64,000 bases of DNA from NCBI GenBank assembly GCA_002269645.1, contig NIVC01002778.1:1-64000 (forward strand), written 5' to 3'. Positions 39,810 to 54,344 of the stretch are shown here, piece by piece. A program made the position numbers and the translations under genes. The notes below the pieces were generated by a model. It saw only the letters and a program-made list of their open reading frames with translations. It did not search any database and was not told the DNA's origin. The stretch is from Macrostomum lignano (taxonomy: Eukaryota). Numbering within the stretch: the stretch's first letter is position 1; each line of letters begins with the position of its first letter.

Positions 39810-41811
39810 ATGCGATTAAAAGACAAACGCAGCTTTCTGTTGCTAGTTTTGTTGGTCTCCTCAGCCAGTCCGTTACCGGCCAATCCGATTAAGCAGCACA
39901 GATGCAAGCCGGGTAAGTATTTCGATGAGGACCTGGCTGGCTGTCTGCCCTGCCCCCGCCTTCTTGAAAACCCGGAGTCCTATCTGAAGTCGTTCGCATC
40001 AGTACACCCCGAGTGTCCGTATGCGCCGCCGCCTACTCCGGTCGAGACCACCATGACTTCGACTGTCAGAGGTGAGTTCATGCCATGGGAAACCATGTGA
40101 ACATTGTGTACGTATTTTTGGCTACACTCTGAGCTGTTGGTTCCATGTAGCTGGTATGGGAGCCCTGTAGACATTGTGTAGTTATTGTTGGTCATATTCT
40201 ACGTTTACGTCACAAGTTAATTGAAATTCTTTACCTGAACAACTCTAATATCTTAGGGGTCACTCTTTCGATAAACTGTTTCCCCCGGAAAGTATGATAT
40301 TAGAGTTGAGCATATTGATCAATTTTAATTAGTCATTAGATCCATGTTTGCGAAGGGAAATCCATGGGTATCCCACGGGTGTACAAGTCTATTTTTAGAT
40401 ACAAGAGCCGAGGACGACTTAAGTAGAAGGACCGGAAACCTCGTTTCTTGGAAAAAAAATTAAGGCAGTCATTTCTGAAAAAATACACAGAGACAGAAGG
40501 TTTTAATTTTTTTCAGCGCAAAAACTGTTATTGGGCCGTATGAATAAAACGTGAGAAAATCTTTAAAGATTATCTTTCGAGCCAAGAATTGCTTTCGATA
40601 GGAGGTAGACCCAGTGTTCATCTTTTGATGTGTTGTGCATTTCTTATAGCTCTATTGATATTCATAAAGCTTCTTGTTCAGAAAATTAGGATTCTATGCT
40701 AATTTTTTATTCTACGTATATTTCCTGTACCTAAATATCATAAAAATGCATGACACAGCTCGAATTTTTGGTTTTGTGAATTTATTTTATCATCTCGGTT
40801 ACACATATTGTTACACAGTCAGCTAAGAATTATAAAATGGATTCATAAAACCAATGAGCTGAGCCGTGTCATTTTAGACATTTTAGACATGCAAATGTAC
40901 GTAGAATAATAATTGAACATAGAATCCTAATTTCTGAAAAAATGCTTTGTGAATCCCAATAGAGCTATACGGAAGGCACAGCATATCAAAAGATGAACAT
41001 TGTGTCTGCCTCCTATCGAAAGCAATAACAATTTTTGTGCTGAAAAAATTAAAACCTCCTATCTCTGTAGTGTAGAAAAGTTGCCTTCAAAACATTTACC
41101 ATAGATTTCGAGTGTTGCGTCCTTCTACTTAAGTTGTCCTTGTAAACTGTATCCCCGGAACTTAGTATGATATTAGAGTTAAACATATCGATTCATTTTA
41201 ATTAGTCATTAGAACCCCGTTGGCGAAGGGAAATCCATGGGTATCCCACGGGTGCACAAAGTCTATTTTTAGAAACAAGAACATATGACTTCAACTGCCT
41301 TACAGTTTCGAAAACAAGCCAAGTGCCGCCAACAACGCCAGCAGGCGGCAGCAGCTTTCCTACTGTTGGTGCTTCAACCAAAACCGAAGCGTCTACGACT
41401 CAACCTCCAGCATCGAGCCCAGTTGATACAACTGTTAGAAATGGTGGAGTCGTGGAAAGACACTTGCTCATTGCTTCAGTTGTCGTCATATTGGCTTTTT
41501 TCCTCGCCATTGTGTGCTACATCTGTCGCCGATATCTGCGGGCTTGTTTAAAACGGCTGAGCAGACGCCTGAAATGTGAGAATGCTCCCCCCAATCAGCT
41601 GGACAGAGAACAGAGTCAAAGCCTAAATCAAGTCCTAAGCCACAGTCGCGACCAAGACCCAAGCAACAACAAAGACCCAAGCAACGACCAAGACCCAAGC
41701 AACGACCAAGACCCGGACCGAAGCCACAGACGGAATCAAGACCCACAGCCTCATCGCAAGAATCCCAACATGACAGAAAATCCCAAGCTTTTCGAGTCTG
41801 AAAGGGATTAA
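39810..41811 (+). CDS. Single-CRD TNFR-like type I membrane protein, paralog 1; exons 39810-40071, 41306-41811
   Basis: Signal peptide (SFLLLVLLVSSASP); CKPGKYFDEDLAGCLPC has the same C-x12-C-x2-C spacing as the BCMA A1 module; T/P-rich stalk; TM LLIASVVVILAFFLAIVCYIC; phase-1 GT/AG intron is in frame. Confidence 0.75.
40409..41142. mobile_element. Tc1/mariner-like MITE with long imperfect inverted arms in paralog-1 intron
   Basis: 40409-40700 is the reverse complement of ~40915-41142 (e.g. AGGACGACTTAAGTAGAAGGAC / GTCCTTCTACTTAAGTTGTCCT); TA follows the right end. Confidence 0.65.
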
Positions 41812-42774
41812 ACTTTTCGAGTTACAAGTAGTGCTCATTCGACTGCGTTCACAGAGGAATAATTTGAAAAAATTGACTCATTGCGGCTCCGCGAGTGGTC
41901 GTCTTTTGGCTGAAGGTCAATGCGAAAGCGATTCAGAGTTTGTAACACCAAATCCCATTCTGGCAAGACTCTGAAATCGAAGCCTGGCTTTAACGACAGT
42001 CTGCATAGCCGGTTGGTTCGTTGGAGTTCGAGTTTCTCCTTACAAAGAAAATGTGAATCGTGCTCATCAACTTCCTAGCAGCGAGCATTCATCCAAATAA
42101 ACAAAAATGTTTCATACCAGGATTGCGCTCGTCATGTGTTTATAATAATTCTAATAAATATTTGAATGTGTCATTATTTATGAAGATTCAAACATTAACT
42201 TCATTCCAAATCTTTCCTTGTAAATAGCTCGTAGCTACTCATATATTTTCTAGAAGCAGATGTACTATCAATCATTAATTTTGTTGATTAACCACAAAAT
42301 ACAAAATGCTTAAATTTCTAATCATTCTCAGTTTTAAAAAAATAATTTTCTGTCCTACAGCGAAATACAATTTTTATTTTATTTCAACTATTTAGTGAGC
42401 AGTCCTCAGAAGTTCGTGGGGGGCGGGGGGGCAAAACTTCGACATGCACGAGCGTGGGCATATCTTTGCTGCTCTAGATTGAATGGATGGTTTCTTAGTA
42501 AACAATTAACACGTTGAGCCTTTTTTTAGAAACTAGCTTTCAGCACGCACATGGGCTATTTTCCACAATGTACGAGCGCACGAGCGTACACTAAAAAATC
42601 TTGGCAATTCCACCGCTATTCCACGGAAATTCAAAAGAATTTCTGCTTCTGCATTGTAGACTATAATAACTAGGTTGAATAGGTGCGCTCCAATTAAAAC
42701 TTTCGAATATTATCTTCTCTCCTCTCTGCCTAACTATATACGAGCTATCTACCTGAACTGAACTGAATTGAAGT

Positions 42775-43009
42775 ATGCAGCTGAGCAAACTGCTGCTATT
42801 TATGTTAGTGGCCTGCTCAGCCATTCAAACACTCGGCGCACCGGTCGTCAGGCCGAAATGCGAGCTTGGCGAATATCCAGATGCTTTGGTTGACTGCCTG
42901 CCCTGTCCCAGCCTGGAGGGAAATACGGAAGACTATCTGAAGACATTCGCGAACCAGCACAAGGAGTGCCCGTATCCGCCTCCGGCCACCTGGACTGCCA
43001 CTACCGAGG
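42775..43009 (+). CDS. Single-CRD TNFR-like paralog 2, exon 1 (signal peptide + CRD)
   Basis: MQLSKLLLFMLVACSAIQTLGAPVVRPKCELGEYPDALVDCLPCPSLEGNTEDYLKTFANQHKECPYPP; phase-1 donor G|GTGAG. Confidence 0.75.
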
Positions 43010-43061
43010 GTGAGCTTTCTTTGTTGTATTTGCTCCCTTGGTTCCATTTTTGATTCAAAAT

Positions 43062-44005
43062 TTTGGTTCCATGTTGGCAGTATGTAAACTCTGTGGGCAT
43101 TCTGCAGTTGCTAATTGTGGGTAAACCTTGAAGAATTTGGTTCCATGTTGGCAGTATGTAAACTCTGTGGTCATTCTGCAGTTGCTACAGTGGGTAAACC
43201 TTGAAGAATTTGGTTCCATGTTGGCAGTATGTAAACTCTGTGGGCATTCTGCAGTTGCTACAGTGGGTAAACCTTGAAGAATTTGGTTCCATGTTGGCAG
43301 TATGTAAACTCTGTGGTCATTCTGCAGTTGCTACAGTGGGTAAACCTTGAAGAATTTGGTTCCATGTTGGCAGTATGTAAACTCTGTGGGCATTCTGCAG
43401 TTGCTACAGTGGGTAAACCTTGAAGAATTTGGTTCCATGTTGGCAGTATGTAAACTCTGTGGGCATTCTGCAGTTGCTACAGTGGGTAAACCTTGAAGAA
43501 TTTGGTTCCATGTTGGCAGTATGTAAACTCTGTGGGCATTCTGCAGTTGCTAATTGTGGGTAAACCTTGAAGAATTTGGTTCCATGTTGGCAGTATGTAA
43601 ACTCTGTGGGCATTCTGCAGTTGCTAATTGTGGGTAAACCTTGAAGAATTTGGTTCCATGTTGGCAGTATGTAAATTCTGTGGTCATTCTGCAGTTGCTA
43701 ATTGTGGGTGAACCTTGAAGAATTTGGTTCCATGTTGGCAGTATGTAAACTCTGTGGGCATTCTGCAGTTGCTACAGTGGGTAAACCTTGAAGAATTTGG
43801 TTCCATGTTGGCAGTATGTAAATTCTGTGGTCATTCTGCAGTTGCTAATTGTGGGTGAACCTTGAAGAATTTGGTTCCATGTTGGCAGTATGTAAACTCT
43901 GTGGGCATTCTGCAGTTGCTATAGTGGGTAAACCTTGAAGAATTTGGTTCCATGTTGGCAGTATGTAAACTCTGTGGGCATTCTGCAGTTGCTAATTGTG
44001 GGTAA
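43062..44005. repeat. 73-74-bp tandem repeat (~13 units) at the start of paralog-2 intron
   Basis: TTGGTTCCATGTTGGCAGTATGTAAACTCTGTGGGCATTCTGCAGTTGCT...AAACCTTGAAGAAT units. Confidence 0.95.
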
Positions 44006-45164
44006 TCATATTGCTGTATTTATACTCTGCAACATTGAACAGCCGCTACTCTATGCGCCAGTGAGCAATTTCTCTTAGAATATTCTGAAATAATAGACAC
44101 GAGACAACTGATCGGGGTAGCTTTAATCCGTCCAACCCTCGCAAACCGCTCCCCCACTTCATTCCTCAACTCAAGTCTGCCGCGTGGCGTAGCTAAGTTG
44201 CGTCACTCGCAAAGATTGAGAGACTCCACTCTTTACTTGCATTCTCAAAAGTGGCGACCCACAGATGGAATCTTCTGAGTACACATGCAATATGTGCCGT
44301 GGTAACTTGGCCTGCGTGCGCGCCGGGGGCGGGTGCTGGGTTAAGTTGTTTTGATGTCTCTCACTCTCTCGCTGAATGTACTTTGCTAGCGCGGGGTGGG
44401 GATAGTCGTGAGCCAGACGATATCGATAATAAACAGTTTCTCTATAAAACAGGCTTTTTAGCCTGCAATGTTGTTTGTGCTTTACTGTGTCACAATAAAG
44501 TTCTGACTTGACTTTATTTTACAATCACAATATACTAAATCCTATATACTAAAAATGTGATGTCTATATATATATATATATATATGTGATAGATTGGAGA
44601 AAAAATGGCTGGACCGATTTTGTTCGAACTTGCACTGTTCGATCAGAAATTTTCCCGTGACGGTACATGCATTATGGCTAAGAAATTGCTCGATGCTAAA
44701 GGCATTAAATATTCGAAAAACATGCTTTTTTTGCAAAGGTCAAGCAAACTTTTTGACTTGAAATGCATTGTAAGAATGCTAGAGAAAAAACTGACTGGTT
44801 GAATTCTGACTCTGAAATAGATTGCATCATAACTGAATTGTAACTCCGACTTGAATTGAAAATGCAGTGTGGAAGCGTAGCACCAGACTTGATTTAAATT
44901 GCGTAACCATATTGTTAACTGATACTGACTGACTGAGAAACTGATTATGTCATAACTGCTTCGTGTGATTTACTCTATGCTTTGATTTAAAAGTGTTGAG
45001 TTATATAAGTGCAAAAGTTGATGTTATTAAAACGATGAGAGCTAGCCTAGAGGTGAACAAACTGAACTGCTAAATGCAGTGACGATGGTTTGAATTTTCA
45101 TAGAGTATAATTTTTTAATTAAATCTTTTCAACGTCAGGAAAACTAAAAGACTTTTTAAAAAGA

Positions 45165-48100
45165 AGCGTCATGTAAAAATCGTAGAAGCGTCATGTAAAA
45201 AATCATAGAAGCGTCATGTAAACAATCATAGAAGTGTCATGTAAAAAATCGTAGAAGCGTCATGTAAAAAATCATAGAAGCGTCATGTAAACAATCATAG
45301 AAGTGTCATGTAAAAAATCATAGAAGCGTCATGTAAACAATCATAGAAGCGTCATGTAAACAATCATAGAAGCGTCATTTAAACAATCATAGAAGCGTCA
45401 TGTAAAAAATCGTAGCAGCGTCATGAAAAAATCATAGAAGCGTCATTTAAAAAATCATAGAAGCGTCATGTAAACAATCATAGAAGCGCCATGTAAACAA
45501 TCATAGAAGCGTCATTTAAAAAATCATAGAAGCGTCATGTAAAAAATCGTAGCAGCGTCATGAAAAAATCGTAGAAGCGTCATGTAAAAAATCATAGAAG
45601 CGTCATGTAAACAATCATAGAAGCGCCATGTAAACAATCATAGAAGCGTCATTTAAAAAATCATAGAAGCGTCATGTAAACAATCATAGAAGCGTCATGT
45701 AAAAAATCATAGAAGCGTCATTTAAAAAATCATAGAAGCGTCATGTAAACAATCATAGAAGCGTCATGTAAAAAATCATAGAAGCGTCATGTAAAAAATC
45801 ATAGAAGCGTCATGTAAACAATCATAGAAGCGTCATGTAAACAATCATAGAAGCGTCATGTAAACAATCATAGAAGCGTCATGAAAAAATCATAGAAGCG
45901 TCATGTAAAAAATCATAGAAGCGTCATGTAAACAATCATAGAAGCGTCATGTAAACAATCATAGAAGCGTCATGAAAAAATCATAGAAGCGTCATGTAAA
46001 CAATCATAGAAGCGTCATGTAAAAAATCATAGAAGCGTCATTTAAAAAATCATAGAAGCGTCATGTAAACAATCATAAAAGCGTCATGTAAAAAATCATA
46101 GAAGCGTCATGTAAAAAATCATAGAAGCGTCATGTAAACAATCATAGAAGCGTCATGTAAACAATCATAGAAGCGTCATGTAAACAATCATAGAAGCGTC
46201 ATGTAAAAAATCATAGAAGCGTCATTAAAAAATCATAGAAGCGTCATCTAAAAAATCGTAGAAGCGTCATGTAAGAAATCATAGAAGCGTCATGTAAAAA
46301 TCATAGAAGCGTCATGAAAAAATCATAGAAGCGTCATAAAAAATCATAGAAGCGTCATTAAAAAATCATAGAAGCGTCATGTAAACAATCATAGAAGCGT
46401 CATGTAAAAATCATAGAAGCGTCATGTAAAAATCATAGAAGCGTCATGTAAACAATCATAGAAGCGTCATGTAAACAATCATAGAAGCGTCATGTAAAAA
46501 TCATAGAAGCGTCATGTAAACAATCATAGAAGCGTCATGTAAACAATCATAGAAGCGTCATGTAAAAAATCATAGAAGCGTCATGTAAACAATCATAGAA
46601 GCGTCATGTAAACAATCATAGAAGCGTCATGTAAACAATCATAGAAGCGTCATGTAAACAATCATAGAAGCGTCATGTAAACAATCATAGAAGCGTCATG
46701 TAAACAATCATAGAAGCGTCATGTAAACAATCATAGAAGCGTCATGTAAAAAATCGTAGAAGCGTCATGAAAAAATCATAGAAGCGTCATTTAAAAAATC
46801 ATAGAAGCGTCATGTAAACAATCATAGAAGCGTCATGTAAACAATCATAGAAGCGTCATTAAAAATCATAGAAGCGTCATGTAAACAATCATAGAAGCGT
46901 CATGTAAACAATCATAGAAGCGTCATGTAAACAATCATAGAAGCGTCATGTAAACAATCATAGAAGCGTCATGTAAAAAATCATAGAAGCGTCATGTAAA
47001 CAATCATAGAAGCGTCATGTAAACAATCATAGAAGCGTCATGTAAACAATCAAGAAGCGTCATGTAAACAATCATAGAAGCGTCATTAAACAATCATAGA
47101 AGCGTCATGTAAAAAATCATAGAAGCGTCATGAAAAAATCATAGAAGCGTCATTTAAAAAATCATAGAAGCGTCATGTAAACAATCATAGAAGCGTCATG
47201 TAAACAATCATAGAAGCGTCATTAAAAAATCATAGAAGCGTCATGTAAACAATCATAGAAGCGTCATGTAAACAATCATAGAAGCGTCATGTAAACAATC
47301 ATAGAAGCGTCATGTAAACAATCATAGAAGCGTCATGTAAACAATCATAGAAGCGTCATTAAAAATCATAGAAGCGTCATGTAAACAATCATAGAAGCGT
47401 CATGTAAACAATCATAGAAGCGTCATGTAAAAATCATAGAAGCGTCATGTAAACAATCATAGAAGCGTCATGTAAAAAATCATAGAAGCGTCATGTAAAC
47501 AATCATAGAAGCGTCATGTAAAAATCATAGAAGCGTCATGTAAAAATCATAGAAGCGTCATGTAAAAATCATAGAAGCGTCATGTAAACAATCATAGAAG
47601 CGTCATGTAAAAATCATAGAAGCGTCATGTAAAAATCATAGAAGCGTCATGTAAACAATCATAGAAGCGTCATGTAAACAATCATAGAAGCGTCATGTAA
47701 AAAATCATAGAAGCGTCATGTAAACAATCATAGAAGCGTCATGTAAACAATCATAGAAGCGTCATGTAAAAATCATAGAAGCGTCATGTAAACAATCATA
47801 GAAGCGTCATGTAAACAATCATAGAAGCGTCATGTAAACAATCATAGAAGCGTCATGTAAACAATCATAGAAGCGTCATGTAAACAATCATAGAAGCGTC
47901 ATGTAAACAATCATAGAAGCGTCATGTAAACAATCATAGAAGCGTCATGTAAAAATCATAGAAGCGTCATGTAAAAATCATAGAAGCGTCATGAAAAATC
48001 ATAGAAGCGTCATGTAAAAATCATAGAAGCGTCATGTAAACAATCATAGAAGCGTCATGTAAACAATCATAGAAGCGTCATGTAAAAATCATAGAAGCGT

Positions 48101-51100
48101 CATGTAAACAATCATAGAAGCGTCATGTAAACAATCATAGAAGCGTCATGTAAACAATCATAGAAGCGTCATGTAAACAATCATAGAAGCGTCATGTAAA
48201 CAATCATAGAAGCGTCATGTAAACAATCATAGAAGCGTCATGTAAAAAATCATAGAAGCGTCATGTAAACAATCATAGAAGCGTCATGTAAACAATCATA
48301 GAAGCGTCATGTAAAAAATCATAGAAGCGTCATGTAAACAATCATAGAAGCGTCATGTAAAAATCATAGAAGCGTCATGTAAAAAATCATAGAAGCGTCA
48401 TGTAAACAATCATAGAAGCGTCATGTAAAAATCATAGAAGCGTCATGTAAAAAATCATAGAAGCGTCATGTAAACAATCATAGAAGCGTCATGTAAACAA
48501 TCATAGAAGCGTCATGTAAACAATCATAGAAGCGTCATGTAAAAATCATAGAAGCGTCATGTAAAAATCATAGAAGCGTCATGTAAACAATCATAGAAGC
48601 GTCATGTAAACAATCATAGAAGCGTCATGTAAAAAATCATAGAAGCGTCATGTAAACAATCATAGAAGCGTCATGTAAAAATCATAGAAGCGTCATGTAA
48701 AAAATCATAGAAGCGTCATGTAAACAATCATAGAAGCGTCATGTAAAAATCATAGAAGCGTCATGTAAAAATCATAGAAGCGTCATGTAAACAATCATAG
48801 AAGCGTCATGTAAACAATCATAGAAGCGTCATGTAAAAATCATAGAAGCGTCATGTAAACAATCATAGAAGCGTCATGTAAAAATCATAGAAGCGTCATG
48901 TAAACAATCATAGAAGCGTCATGTAAACAATCATAGAAGCGTCATGTAAAAATCATAGAAGCGTCATGTAAACAATCATAGAAGCGTCATGTAAACAATC
49001 ATAGAAGCGTCATGTAAAAATCATAGAAGCGTCATGTAAAAATCATAGAAGCGTCATGTAAAAATCATAGAAGCGTCATGTAAAAATCATAGAAGCGTCA
49101 TGTAAAAATCATAGAAGCGTCATGTAAAAATCATAGAAGCGTCATGTAAAAAATCATAGAAGCGTCATGTAAACAATCATAGAAGCGTCATGTAAAAATC
49201 ATAGAAGCGTCATGTAAAAAATCATAGAAGCGTCATGTAAACAATCATAGAAGCGTCATGTAAACAATCATAGAAGCGTCATGTAAAAATCATAGAAGCG
49301 TCATGTAAACAATCATAGAAGCGTCATGTAAACAATCATAGAAGCGTCATGTAAAAAATCATAGAAGCGTCATGTAAACAATCATAGAAGCGTCATGTAA
49401 ACAATCATAGAAGCGTCATGTAAACAATCATAGAAGCGTCATGTAAACAATCATAGAAGCGTCATGTAAACAATCATAGAAGCGTCATGTAAACAATCAT
49501 AGAAGCGTCATGTAAAAATCATAGAAGCGTCATGTAAAAATCATAGAAGCGTCATGTAAAAATCATAGAAGCGTCATGTAAACAATCATAGAAGCGTCAT
49601 GTAAACAATCATAGAAGCGTCATGTAAAAATCATAGAAGCGTCATGTAAACAATCATAGAAGCGTCATGTAAACAATCATAGAAGCGTCATGTAAACAAT
49701 CATAGAAGCGTCATGTAAACAATCATAGAAGCGTCATGTAAAAATCATAGAAGCGTCATGTAAACAATCATAGAAGCGTCATGTAAACAATCATAGAAGC
49801 GTCATGTAAACAATCATAGAAGCGTCATGTAAACAATCATAGAAGCGTCATGTAAACAATCATAGAAGCGTCATGTAAAAATCATAGAAGCGTCATGTAA
49901 AAATCATAGAAGCGTCATGTAAAAATCATAGAAGCGTCATGTAAACAATCATAGAAGCGTCATGTAAAAATCATAGAAGCGTCATGTAAACAATCATAGA
50001 AGCGTCATGTAAACAATCATAGAAGCGTCATGTAAAAATCATAGAAGCGTCATGTAAAAATCATAGAAGCGTCATGTAAACAATCATAGAAGCGTCATGT
50101 AAAAATCATAGAAGCGTCATGTAAAAATCATAGAAGCGTCATGTAAACAATCATAGAAGCGTCATGTAAACAATCATAGAAGCGTCATGTAAAAATCATA
50201 GAAGCGTCATGTAAACAATCATAGAAGCGTCATGTAAAAATCATAGAAGCGTCATGTAAAAATCATAGAAGCGTCATGTAAAAATCATAGAAGCGTCATG
50301 TAAAAATCATAGAAGCGTCATGTAAAAATCATAGAAGCGTCATGTAAAAATCATAGAAGCGTCATGTAAAAATCATAGAAGCGTCATGTAAAAATCATAG
50401 AAGCGTCATGTAAACAATCATAGAAGCGTCATGTAAACAATCATAGAAGCGTCATGTAAAAATCATAGAAGCGTCATGTAAACAATCATAGAAGCGTCAT
50501 GTAAACAATCATAGAAGCGTCATGTAAAAATCATAGAAGCGTCATGTAAACAATCATAGAAGCGTCATGTAAACAATCATAGAAGCGTCATGTAAAAATC
50601 ATAGAAGCGTCATGTAAACAATCATAGAAGCGTCATGTAAACAATCATAGAAGCGTCATGTAAACAATCATAGAAGCGTCATGTAAAAATCATAGAAGCG
50701 TCATGTAAAAATCATAGAAGCGTCATGTAAAAATCATAGAAGCGTCATGTAAAAATCATAGAAGCGTCATGTAAACAATCATAGAAGCGTCATGTAAACA
50801 ATCATAGAAGCGTCATGTAAAAATCATAGAAGCGTCATGTAAAAATCATAGAAGCGTCATGTAAACAATCATAGAAGCGTCATGTAAAAATCATAGAAGC
50901 GTCATGTAAACAATCATAGAAGCGTCATGTAAACAATCATAGAAGCGTCATGTAAACAATCATAGAAGCGTCATGTAAAAATCATAGAAGCGTCATGTAA
51001 ACAATCATAGAAGCGTCATGTAAACAATCATAGAAGCGTCATGTAAACAATCATAGAAGCGTCATGTAAACAATCATAGAAGCGTCATGTAAACAATCAT

Positions 51101-53900
51101 AGAAGCGTCATGTAAACAATCATAGAAGCGTCATGTAAAAATCATAGAAGCGTCATGTAAACAATCATAGAAGCGTCATGTAAACAATCATAGAAGCGTC
51201 ATGTAAAAATCATAGAAGCGTCATGTAAACAATCATAGAAGCGTCATGTAAAAATCATAGAAGCGTCATGTAAAAATCATAGAAGCGTCATGTAAAAATC
51301 ATAGAAGCGTCATGTAAACAATCATAGAAGCGTCATGTAAAAATCATAGAAGCGTCATGTAAAAATCATAGAAGCGTCATGTAAAAATCATAGAAGCGTC
51401 ATGTAAAAATCATAGAAGCGTCATGTAAACAATCATAGAAGCGTCATGTAAAAATCATAGAAGCGTCATGTAAAAATCATAGAAGCGTCATGTAAAAATC
51501 ATAGAAGCGTCATGTAAAAATCATAGAAGCGTCATGTAAACAATCATAGAAGCGTCATGTAAACAATCATAGAAGCGTCATGTAAACAATCATAGAAGCG
51601 TCATGTAAAAATCATAGAAGCGTCATGTAAACAATCATAGAAGCGTCATGTAAACAATCATAGAAGCGTCATGTAAACAATCATAGAAGCGTCATGTAAA
51701 AATCATAGAAGCGTCATGTAAACAATCATAGAAGCGTCATGTAAACAATCATAGAAGCGTCATGTAAAAATCATAGAAGCGTCATGTAAACAATCATAGA
51801 AGCGTCATGTAAACAATCATAGAAGCGTCATGTAAACAATCATAGAAGCGTCATGTAAACAATCATAGAAGCGTCATGTAAAAATCATAGAAGCGTCATG
51901 TAAACAATCATAGAAGCGTCATGTAAAAATCATAGAAGCGTCATGTAAAAATCATAGAAGCGTCATGTAAAAATCATAGAAGCGTCATGTAAAAATCATA
52001 GAAGCGTCATGTAAAAATCATAGAAGCGTCATGTAAAAATCATAGAAGCGTCATGTAAAAATCATAGAAGCGTCATGTAAACAATCATAGAAGCGTCATG
52101 TAAACAATCATAGAAGCGTCATGTAAAAATCATAGAAGCGTCATGTAAACAATCATAGAAGCGTCATGTAAAAATCATAGAAGCGTCATGTAATCATAGA
52201 AGCGTCATGTAAACAATCATAGAAGCGTCATGTAAAAATCATAGAAGCGTCATGTAAACAATCATAGAAGCGTCATGTAAAAATCATAGAAGCGTCATGT
52301 AAACAATCATAGAAGCGTCATGTAAACAATCATAGAAGCGTCATGTAAACAATCATAGAAGCGTCATGTAAAAATCATAGAAGCGTCATGTAAACAATCA
52401 TAGAAGCGTCATGTAAACAATCATAGAAGCGTCATGTAAAAATCATAGAAGCGTCATGTAAAAATCATAGAAGCGTCATGTAAACAATCATAGAAGCGTC
52501 ATGTAAAAATCATAGAAGCGTCATGTAAAAATCATAGAAGCGTCATGTAAAAATCATAGAAGCGTCATGTAAAAATCATAGAAGCGTCATGTAAAAATCA
52601 TAGAAGCGTCATGTAAACAATCATAGAAGCGTCATGTAAAAATCATAGAAGCGTCATGTAAAAATCATAGAAGCGTCATGTAAAAATCATAGAAGCGTCA
52701 TGTAAACAATCATAGAAGCGTCATGTAAAAATCATAGAAGCGTCATGTAAACAATCATAGAAGCGTCATGTAAACAATCATAGAAGCGTCATGTAAAAAT
52801 CATAGAAGCGTCATGTAAAAATCATAGAAGCGTCATGTAAACAATCATAGAAGCGTCATGTAAAAATCATAGAAGCGTCATGTAAAAATCATAGAAGCGT
52901 CATGTAAACAATCATAGAAGCGTCATGTAAAAATCATAGAAGCGTCATGTAAAAAATCATAGAAGCGTCATGTAAACAATCATAGAAGCGTCATGTAAAC
53001 AATCATAGAAGCGTCATGTAAAAATCATAGAAGCGTCATGTAAACAATCATAGAAGCGTCATGTAAACAATCATAGAAGCGTCATGTAAAAATCATAGAA
53101 GCGTCATGTAAAAAATCATAGAAGCGTCATGTAAACAATCATAGAAGCGTCATGTAAACAATCATAGAAGCGTCATGTAAAAATCATAGAAGCGTCATGT
53201 AAACAATCATAGAAGCGTCATGTAAACAATCATAGAAGCGTCATGTAAAAATCATAGAAGCGTCATGTAAACAATCATAGAAGCGTCATGTAAAAATCAT
53301 AGAAGCGTCATGTAAACAATCATAGAAGCGTCATGTAAACAATCATAGAAGCGTCATGTAAAAATCATAGAAGCGTCATGTAAAAATCATAGAAGCGTCA
53401 TTAAAAATCATAGAAGCGTCATGTAAACAATCATAGAAGCGTCATGTAAAAATCATAGAAGCGTCATGTAAAAATCATAGAAGCGTCATGTAAAAAATCA
53501 TAGAAGCGTCATGTAAAAATCATAGAAGCGTCATGTAAAAATCATAGAAGCGTCATGTAAACAATCATAGAAGCGTCATGTAAAAATCATAGAAGCGTCA
53601 TGTAAAAATCATAGAAGCGTCATGTAAACAATCATAGAAGCGTCATGTAAACAATCATAGAAGCGTCATGTAAACAATCATAGAAGCGTCATGTAAACAA
53701 TCATAGAAGCGTCATGTAAAAATCATAGAAGCGTCATGTAAACAATCATAGAAGCGTCATGTAAACAATCATAGAAGCGTCATGTAAAAATCATAGAAGC
53801 GTCATGTAAAAATCATAGAAGCGTCATGTAAAAATCATAGAAGCGTCATGTAAAGCGTCAATCATAGAAGCGTCATGTAAAAATCATAGAAGCATAGAAG
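45165..53900. repeat. Satellite array, 22-23-bp unit AATCATAGAAGCGTCATGTAAA[C/A/-] (roughly 390 units)
   Basis: Continuous tandem array read directly; more variant units at the left edge. Confidence 0.98.
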
Positions 53901-54344
53901 CCTCATTTAAAAAGTAATGAAAGTGTCATTTAAAATATTAAGAAGCATCATGGTAGAATAAAAGAAGCGTCATGTCAGACATGAAGGGTGTCATGTAAAA
54001 ATTAAATGAAGTTATAATGCTGTGCTGGGGAGAATTACTGAGATGTCAAGGCTCTCAGAGAATAACTTAGATTACGGGGGGGGTTTCTGAGATGTCAAAG
54101 CAATAGTCAGAGGCTATTTCAAAGTTCATGTACTTTACTCAATTTTTTATTGCATTCTTTGTTGGCTCGCCACGGGGGGGGGGCGCTGATAAAAAAGCGT
54201 AATGTAAAAAATAAAAGAAGCTTCACGTCGAAGTTAAGAGATTCATTTGGGAATCCCTACGATGTCGAGGCTTGCAGGGAATCGCTATAATGCTGTAGTA
54301 GTGCTATAATGACTCTCAGAGAGAATTACTGAAATTTCAATGCT

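Noticed and set aside
43062-44005. CRISPR-like repeat-spacer array
   Set aside because: Whole 73-74-bp units are near-identical; there are no variable spacers.
45165-53900. CRISPR-like array
   Set aside because: No unique spacers, eukaryotic context and no cas genes; it is a simple satellite.
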